This document shows positions 57,826-64,000 of a stretch of 64,000 bases of DNA, piece by piece. The position numbers were made by a program, and so were the translations under genes. Every line of letters begins with the position of its first letter. Position 1 is the first letter of the stretch. The notes beneath the pieces are model-generated. The model saw only the letters and a list, made by a program, of their open reading frames with translations. It did no database searches and was not told where the DNA came from. Origin of the DNA: a bacterium (GTDB lineage: Bacteria > UBA8248); assembly GCA_965203325.1 (NCBI GenBank), contig OZ241875.1, forward strand, positions 992,001-1,056,000. Direction: 5' to 3'.

Positions 57826-59046
57826 CTACTCTTGTTGAATCTCACTCTCCCTGCCCATAAAAGGCAAGGCGATCGCCATGAACACGAGCATCACCACCTC
57901 GGAATCGCCGAAGTTGTATTCGAACATACCTGCGCTTAAAAAACCCGCAGCCACGGCCAAACCACCCACCATGCGAAATCGTGTCCCAAAAGGCGCGTCT
58001 CTCGTATTCCGAATTCGCTGAGCAACCAGGACAAAATATCCGATCCAGACCCAAATCCAGGCGCCCAGAGCAAGAATTCCCCGCTCGGCAGCCAAATGAA
58101 CGATATTGTTGTGGAGATGGGAGGGAGATTTCGGCGTCACTTCGGGATTTGCATACCGGGTGTAATTCTCCTGGATTCGCCCAGGTCCGAAACCCAAGAA
58201 TTTCTTCTCCATGAACATCTGCAAGCCGCTATTCCACATGTAAATCCGTTCCACGGCCGTTTTATCCCGGGGGTTCACCATGCTCTTCACGCGCTGGCGA
58301 ATGGAATGCGGCGCGATGAATACCACCAGTACTGTCACCAACGCCAAACACAAACCCACCTTCTTGCGCCCACTCGCCACGGCTACAACCGCCGTCCCGA
58401 CGACAAGTCCGATCCAGGCGCTCCGACTCAATGTCGTCATCAACGCAGAGAGGATGAGGAGGACCGACGTGTAGACCCATACGCTCTTGCGTTCCCGAGA
58501 CGGCACCATGAGGTACGAGAACGCCAAAAGACCGGCTACAAGCAGAAAACCGCCTAGCGTCATGTATATGCTGAAAAAGCCCGACGGGCGATTCGCCAGC
58601 GACAATGTCCCTGGCAGCGATACGCCCAAGGCATACAAGGCGATAAAGCTCGTGGCCGCCAAGAGCACTTTCACCAACCAAATCGCTTCCCGGTCGTCCT
58701 GGATGACGTTCATCGCCAAATAAAAAATCATGATCTGCGTCAATTCTCGCGTTTTGATAAGGCTTTTGAGCGAATCGGGTGCATGAAAGGCGCTGGCAAG
58801 TGTAAATAGCGCGAAAAAAAGCCAAGGCATCCACAACGGAAATTTCTGGGTCAGCAAGGGAGCCGCTTTGGTCATGGAAGCCAGCCAAGCCACCACGGCG
58901 GTGAACACGCATATTTGAGCGAGCGATATCGAAAAAGGGGCTGTGACGACGAAACCAAGAAGCCCGCCGAACGCCACCCGAGACGCCGGTGAACGCCCCC
59001 TGAATCGCTCTCCCAGTTCCGGGAAATAGACTCTTAGCTTGTGCAT
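57826..59046 (-). CDS. O-antigen ligase (WaaL-like) family protein
   Basis: Multi-TM; TLSRSAW; R.YMW; GFGPG; HLHN...AERG. Confidence 0.88.
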   Translation of the reverse strand: MHKLRVYFPELGERFRGRSPASRVAFGGLLGFVVTAPFSISLAQICVFTAVVAWLASMTKAAPLLTQKFPLWMPWLFFALFTLASAFHAPDSLKSLIKTRELTQIMIFYLAMNVIQDDREAIWLVKVLLAATSFIALYALGVSLPGTLSLANRPSGFFSIYMTLGGFLLVAGLLAFSYLMVPSRERKSVWVYTSVLLILSALMTTLSRSAWIGLVVGTAVVAVASGRKKVGLCLALVTVLVVFIAPHSIRQRVKSMVNPRDKTAVERIYMWNSGLQMFMEKKFLGFGPGRIQENYTRYANPEVTPKSPSHLHNNIVHLAAERGILALGAWIWVWIGYFVLVAQRIRNTRDAPFGTRFRMVGGLAVAAGFLSAGMFEYNFGDSEVVMLVFMAIALPFMGRESEIQQE

Positions 59047-59347
59047 GAAGTTGTTCTCTCAGCTCAAAGCCGAATGCACCTGGTTGATTTTTCCAAACGC
59101 AGTCTACGATCCATCAATGTGGAGCGAATCAGGGCAAGCTTCACGAGAGCATACCTCCAGCGAGACGGCATCCCCGGAAACAATTTCCGCTCATTTCCTG
59201 ATAATAGATGGAATGAAGACCAGAAAGCGGAAACGCAAACTCATGATTGTATAATATCGCCGGGATATAACTTTACATTCCAACTTCAGATTCAGGTCGC
59301 GAGATTCACCTTTTCGTCCGGTCGTATTGTTACGCGAGCGAATAATC

Positions 59348-61135
59348 TTACGACATGGTTTCCCCATTCGTTGCGCTTTTGATTTCTTCGGAAAGAGATA
59401 ATTCCTCGCTCACAAACTGCATTTCGTAGAGTCTCTGGTACAAGCCGCCTTGTTTCATCAAATCATCGTGCGTTCCCCTCTCCACGATCCGCCCCCCGTC
59501 GAGAACGATGATTGAATCGGCGTTTCGGACCGTGGAGAGCCTGTGAGCCACCACAAACGTGGTGCGGCCCTTCATCAAAGGCTCCAGAGCTTCTTGAATC
59601 AACTGCTCACTCTCCGTGTCGAGCGCGCTCGTGGCTTCATCGAGCAGCAAAATAGAAGGATCTCTCAAAATCGCGCGCGCAATGGCGATGCGCTGGCGTT
59701 CGCCGCCGGAGAGGCGTACTCCCTCCTCACCCAGCATGGTCTCATACCCATTATCAAGCTCCATAATGAAATCATGGGCGTTGGCCGCTTTCGCCGCCGA
59801 GATTATTTCGTCACGACTGACGGGTCTTTTCTCCCCATAGGCGATGTTGTTCGCCGCCGTATCATTGAACAGAATCACCTGCTGGGTCACCACGCCGATC
59901 TGGGCGCGCAGGCTGCTCAGTGAATACCGCGACGCCTCTTTCCCGTCGAAAGAGATACTCCCCCTGGCGGGCAGATAAAAACGCGGTATCAAGTCCAGCA
60001 ACGTACTTTTCCCCGCGCCGCTCATCCCCACAACAGCCAGCGTGCAGCCCGCCGGAACTTCTACGCTGATATCCTCGAGCGTCGCTTCGTCCGAATAGGA
60101 AAAATGCACGTCCTCGAATCTTATATTCCGGGCTAAACGCCCCATCTCTTCGCCATCGGGATTCTTGTCCTCAGGTGCATGCCCATCCAAGACCTCGAAT
60201 ACCGACTGGGCGCCCGCGATTCCTTCCACCAGGCTATGAAACACCCGTGTGAAGGATTTCAACGGGTTGTAAGCCATACCGAGGGCGACGGCGAAACTTA
60301 TCAGCTTTCCCGGGTCCATATTTCCAAAGATCACCGCCTGGGCGCCGAACCACAGAATGCCCGCTCCCATCAGACCACCGATGATTTCCACCATGGGCGG
60401 CGCCAGCGAGCGAACCCGCATGGCCCGCATAATCGTGTCGAAAAAAGAACGTGTGGCGCGCATGAAACGTCCTTCTTCCTCGACTTCGGTTCCAAACGCC
60501 TTCACGACGCGGACTCCCGCATAGGTTTCCTTCATCAGGTTGCTCATGTCCCCCATGCGCTCCTGACTCCTCCGCGTGATCCGGCGAATCTTCTCTCCCA
60601 TCGTCACGACCAGAATCGCCACCAGGGGAATGAGTACGACGAATATCAGCGCCATTTTGGGGCTCTGGTAAATCGCCACGCCGAGCAAAGCGATGAAGGT
60701 GAACCCATGGCGGAGCAGTTCCCGCACGGACTCCGTCGCCGCATGCTGCATCAAAGAGATGTCATATATGACTTTCGACATCAGCTCACCGGTCGTCTTC
60801 ACCTCGAAAAACCGAAGCGGCAAATTCAGGAGATGCCCGTGAAGCTCGTTTCTGACGTCCTTCACCACATGCTGACCGACCCAGAGCATGAAATAGTTCT
60901 GGCAATAAGCGGCGATGCCCTTCACCAGATAGACGACGACAAGGGAGAGGCAAATCAAAAAGACGATATCGGCTCGCTTCGAGATCAAAATATCATTGAT
61001 GACATGTTGAACGAGGTAGGCGGGATACGCATTCAGACCGCCCACAACGATGGTGCAGGCGACGGCGACGCCGAACCGAAACCGGTAGGGCCGCAAGTAT
61101 TTCAGAAGCCTAAGATATACCCGGGTGCGGCTCAT
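59348..61135 (-). CDS. msbA: Lipid A export ABC transporter
   Basis: TMD + NBD; GMSGAGKS; LSGGERQR; DEATSALD; lies in an LPS cluster. Confidence 0.88.
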   Translation of the reverse strand: MSRTRVYLRLLKYLRPYRFRFGVAVACTIVVGGLNAYPAYLVQHVINDILISKRADIVFLICLSLVVVYLVKGIAAYCQNYFMLWVGQHVVKDVRNELHGHLLNLPLRFFEVKTTGELMSKVIYDISLMQHAATESVRELLRHGFTFIALLGVAIYQSPKMALIFVVLIPLVAILVVTMGEKIRRITRRSQERMGDMSNLMKETYAGVRVVKAFGTEVEEEGRFMRATRSFFDTIMRAMRVRSLAPPMVEIIGGLMGAGILWFGAQAVIFGNMDPGKLISFAVALGMAYNPLKSFTRVFHSLVEGIAGAQSVFEVLDGHAPEDKNPDGEEMGRLARNIRFEDVHFSYSDEATLEDISVEVPAGCTLAVVGMSGAGKSTLLDLIPRFYLPARGSISFDGKEASRYSLSSLRAQIGVVTQQVILFNDTAANNIAYGEKRPVSRDEIISAAKAANAHDFIMELDNGYETMLGEEGVRLSGGERQRIAIARAILRDPSILLLDEATSALDTESEQLIQEALEPLMKGRTTFVVAHRLSTVRNADSIIVLDGGRIVERGTHDDLMKQGGLYQRLYEMQFVSEELSLSEEIKSATNGETMS

Positions 61136-61339
61136 CTGGGATTCTCTTGTAAAAACATATCGGGCGTCATACGAGCCAACTCGAATGACGCGCCTGCCCG
61201 GCTCGCCCCGCTCCTCGGTTCGCGGTCCGGCCGGCCGATTGGCGGAATCTCTCGCCCGAGCCCACCAAGTGAGGCGGCCTCGGGGAGGAATCTCTTCTCC
61301 CGTCCGCCCATGCCCGAGAATGCTTCCGTATGAACAACG

Positions 61340-62203
61340 CTAAGGGCGTTCACGTCTTCGACACAGCTCCCACAAAAAGGCGGTGCGCATGAACACATAA
61401 TAAGCGGAGCCCGCAGATACCCATAACCCATTCACACCATCCAGAAGGCCCATCTTCAAGACGTAGCTTTTGAAAAAACGCCAAAGAGGCCGGATGACGA
61501 AATCGGCTATTCCGGGTTGCACCCCCCTGGAAGACAAATCCTCCGCCGATAACCTGGCGTATTTCACCTGTCTTTGGAAAAAATCGAAAAGCGAGTCATA
61601 GCTGTAGTGTTCCAAAGGAGACGAAAATACACCCACCCGCCCTTCCACCACCACGGATTCGTGAACGCTTTTCCCGTTAAACGCTCCGACATCGCGCCGG
61701 AATAACCGGATCTGGTAATCCGGCCAAAGGTCGCCGTGACGGAGCCAGCGACCGAAGAATATGTTCTTTCGGGGCACACGATACCCCTCTGCAGGAGCAT
61801 CGTCAGACAAAACGGAGAGAATTTCCTCGGCAAGTTCGGGACTTACGCATTCATCCGCATCCAGACTCAATATCCAGGAGTGGTTCGCTTTCGAGAGAGC
61901 GAAATTTTTCTGCGCCGCATATCCTTCCCAGGGATGCTGGATGAGCAGCGCGCCGCGTTTTCGGCATATTTCCTGCGTATCATCCGTACTGCCGGCGTCC
62001 ACGACGATAATCTCATCCGCCCAGGAAACGCTGTCGATACACGCGCCAATGCGTTCCGCCTCATTGTGGGCGATAATCGTGACGCTAATCGGTTCCCTGG
62101 CCGATTCGGAGACCGGCTCCTTTCCCGTATCGGCTTCGGCAGACGCTTCCGCCAAGCCGGACACTTTTCTAGCCCTTCCCCTGGGTTTTCTCCCACTCAT
62201 CAA
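61340..62203 (-). CDS. Glycosyltransferase family 2 (WaaE/KdtX-like)
   Basis: VVDAGSTD; WILSLDADE; PDYQIRLF; VHES. Confidence 0.9.
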   Translation of the reverse strand: MMSGRKPRGRARKVSGLAEASAEADTGKEPVSESAREPISVTIIAHNEAERIGACIDSVSWADEIIVVDAGSTDDTQEICRKRGALLIQHPWEGYAAQKNFALSKANHSWILSLDADECVSPELAEEILSVLSDDAPAEGYRVPRKNIFFGRWLRHGDLWPDYQIRLFRRDVGAFNGKSVHESVVVEGRVGVFSSPLEHYSYDSLFDFFQRQVKYARLSAEDLSSRGVQPGIADFVIRPLWRFFKSYVLKMGLLDGVNGLWVSAGSAYYVFMRTAFLWELCRRRERP

Positions 62204-62366
62204 GCGGGATGGCTTCGTCCACGAGCATGATGGGGATGCCGTCTTCGATTTTATAGACCAGCCCCGATTCCCGGGCGATCAAAAAATTCCCGTCCCCGCT
62301 CAATTCAAGGGGGGTCTTGGTGACGGGACACGCCAATATCTCCAACAACTCTTTGTCGACGCTCAT
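62169..62366 (-). CDS. Trm112/YcaR family protein
   Basis: LLEILACPVTK..L...Y.IEDGIPIMLVDEA. Confidence 0.92.
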   Translation of the reverse strand: MSVDKELLEILACPVTKTPLELSGDGNFLIARESGLVYKIEDGIPIMLVDEAIPLDEWEKTQGKG

Positions 62367-62509
62367 CTTCCGCTTATCTCCAAATTTCAGTCAAAACGAT
62401 AAATTGACCAGAAACCATCAGGTCGTTCATCACATCTCGCCAAAAACGGAAACAGTGCCCGCTTCTTTCACGAGAAACTCTTTTAGTTTCGCATATTTCG
62501 CCATGTTTT

Positions 62510-63559
62510 TCATGGGGCCGACTGAAGCCGGTTCAGCGCATCAATCGCTTCTTCGACTTTCACGCGCTCGAGACACTCGATATCCGGACATTTTCTCGCG
62601 TAACAACCGCTGCAGGCGAGACGACGGTGCAAAACCAGATTCCCCTCTCCCCACGGGCCGTTTCTCACGGGTTCCGTGGGTCCCATGATCGCCAGACACT
62701 TAACCCCCATGGCTGCGGCGAGATGGAGGGGACCCGAGTCGCCGCCCACGAAGCAGGAACCACGCCGAATCAAGGCCATCATTTCGCGGACGCTCGTCGC
62801 TGGCGCGACAAAAGGCTCCGTTTTCATGGCGTCCGTCACCTCACCCACCATCTTTTCCTCTCCTGGGCCCCATATCAGGAGAGCGTCCCCCATGTCATTC
62901 TCTTGCCAGTGATCGGCGAGTTGCGCGAAACGGGCCGTGTGCCAGCGTTTCGTCACCCAACCGCCCCCGGGATGAATAACCAACAAGGGGCGGCCGTCTC
63001 GGCGCCCCAGGCTGTCCAAACAGTCTTCCGCCTTCTCCCTCTCTCCTTGCGTTTCATGAAGCGGAAAGCGGTATTGCTCCTTAGGCGGAACCGGCAAACC
63101 CAACGGCTTGAGAAGAGATAAATTCTTCTCCACTACGTGGTGGGGGTTTTCCGGGGGCAGTACGTGATGCGTCGTGAAGAGTACGTTCATCCCCTCTCGG
63201 CAAAAACGATGCTCGAACCCGATGCGAAGAGGCGCTCCCGACGCCCGTGCAAGAAAGCCGCTCTTGATCAGCCCCTGAGCGTCGAGCGCCACGTCGGCGT
63301 CTACGTTCCTGACCGCCAGCAAGTCGCGCCTAAGAGCAGCGAAACCGCCGGAGAGCACATTTTTCCGCCATGCCTTGGTATCGACTGTCAAGATTTCATC
63401 AATATCGGGATTTCCAAGAAGCACTTCTCGAGGGGCCGGTTCGACCGCCCAGGTGATATGGGAATCGGGCCGCGCATCCTTGATGGCTGCGGCCAGAGGG
63501 AGGGTATGAACGACGTCGCCTATCGCTCCCAGGCGGATGATGAGGAATCGCTCACCCAT
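62510..63559 (-). CDS. waaC: Lipopolysaccharide heptosyltransferase I (GT9)
   Basis: IIRLGAIGDVVH; LDAQGLIKS; KRW; GGDSGPLHLAAA. Confidence 0.85.
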   Translation of the reverse strand: MGERFLIIRLGAIGDVVHTLPLAAAIKDARPDSHITWAVEPAPREVLLGNPDIDEILTVDTKAWRKNVLSGGFAALRRDLLAVRNVDADVALDAQGLIKSGFLARASGAPLRIGFEHRFCREGMNVLFTTHHVLPPENPHHVVEKNLSLLKPLGLPVPPKEQYRFPLHETQGEREKAEDCLDSLGRRDGRPLLVIHPGGGWVTKRWHTARFAQLADHWQENDMGDALLIWGPGEEKMVGEVTDAMKTEPFVAPATSVREMMALIRRGSCFVGGDSGPLHLAAAMGVKCLAIMGPTEPVRNGPWGEGNLVLHRRLACSGCYARKCPDIECLERVKVEEAIDALNRLQSAP

Positions 63560-63667
63560 CCGGGGCCGCTCTCCCGATGTTCTTGCCGTCTTCGCACAAT
63601 TTCTCCAGACCCTGATTCAGGGAATCCACTCGCATCCATTTACGCCGATAGTCTTTTTCCTGGATGC

Positions 63668-64000
63668 TCACGCGCTCTCCCCCTCGAACGTCGCCAGGAG
63701 TTCATGGGGCTCCACGACCGTCGTTCCCGCCTTCATCACCGCCAGGCCCGCCGCGCGATTCGCGATTTCCGCCGCCTCGCGCATCGAAGCGCCCGCAGCC
63801 AGTGAGAGCGTGAACGCGGCGATCACCGTATCCCCCGCCCCGGTCACGTCGAGCACCTGATCCGACCCGTAGATGGGGATATCCGTTCTTGGGGAATCTC
63901 CCTCAAAGAGACTCATCCCCTTGTCTCCCCGCGTGAGCAGGACCGCTCGGGCGCCTGTTGTTTCAAGCAAAGAAGCCCCAGCCTCGTCGAGACGCTCTTC
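63668..64000 (-). CDS. 3' part of heptose-7-phosphate kinase (HldE/RfaE domain I, PfkB family)
   Basis: LTRGDKGM; DVTGAGDTV; AN.AAG..V.K.GT; truncated by the window edge. Confidence 0.88.
   Translation of the reverse strand, partial: EERLDEAGASLLETTGARAVLLTRGDKGMSLFEGDSPRTDIPIYGSDQVLDVTGAGDTVIAAFTLSLAAGASMREAAEIANRAAGLAVMKAGTTVVEPHELLATFEGESA

Overview
The window has two halves. About 1-39.7 kb is an accessory/defence island. About 40-64 kb is ordinary core genome of a Gram-negative bacterium: redox enzymes, an aquaporin, a Fe3+-type ABC transporter, an MFS transporter, dapA, a DD-carboxypeptidase and an LPS cluster (waaL-like, msbA, GT2, Trm112, waaC, hldE-like). The island holds a type I R-M HsdR, a RecD-like helicase-nuclease, an MqsA-type HTH + nuclease + STAND NTPase (Avs-like) gene and a FitAB/VapBC pair. 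It also holds a tightly coupled five-gene DrmA/DrmB-like operon with no DrmC or methylase, two HEPN-motif proteins, an XRE-ImmA + PIN pair, R-M and recombinase remnants, and a very GC-rich Fn3 autotransporter + lipoprotein cassette. The best signals read from the DNA are: (1) a candidate invertible promoter at 37.5-37.7 kb, where two inverted lox-like sites with the same 6-bp spacer enclose a TTGACA promoter that now fires into a terminator, between the autotransporter and a broken Cre-like recombinase; (2) a ~190-310 bp structured non-coding element present three times ~8 kb apart, with a 131-nt internal period; (3) the DISARM-like operon, which includes a possible degenerate ART-fold protein; (4) an OsmC-like gene with an in-frame UGA and a SECIS-like hairpin (probable selenoprotein). 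All family calls come from motif recognition by eye; no searches were run.
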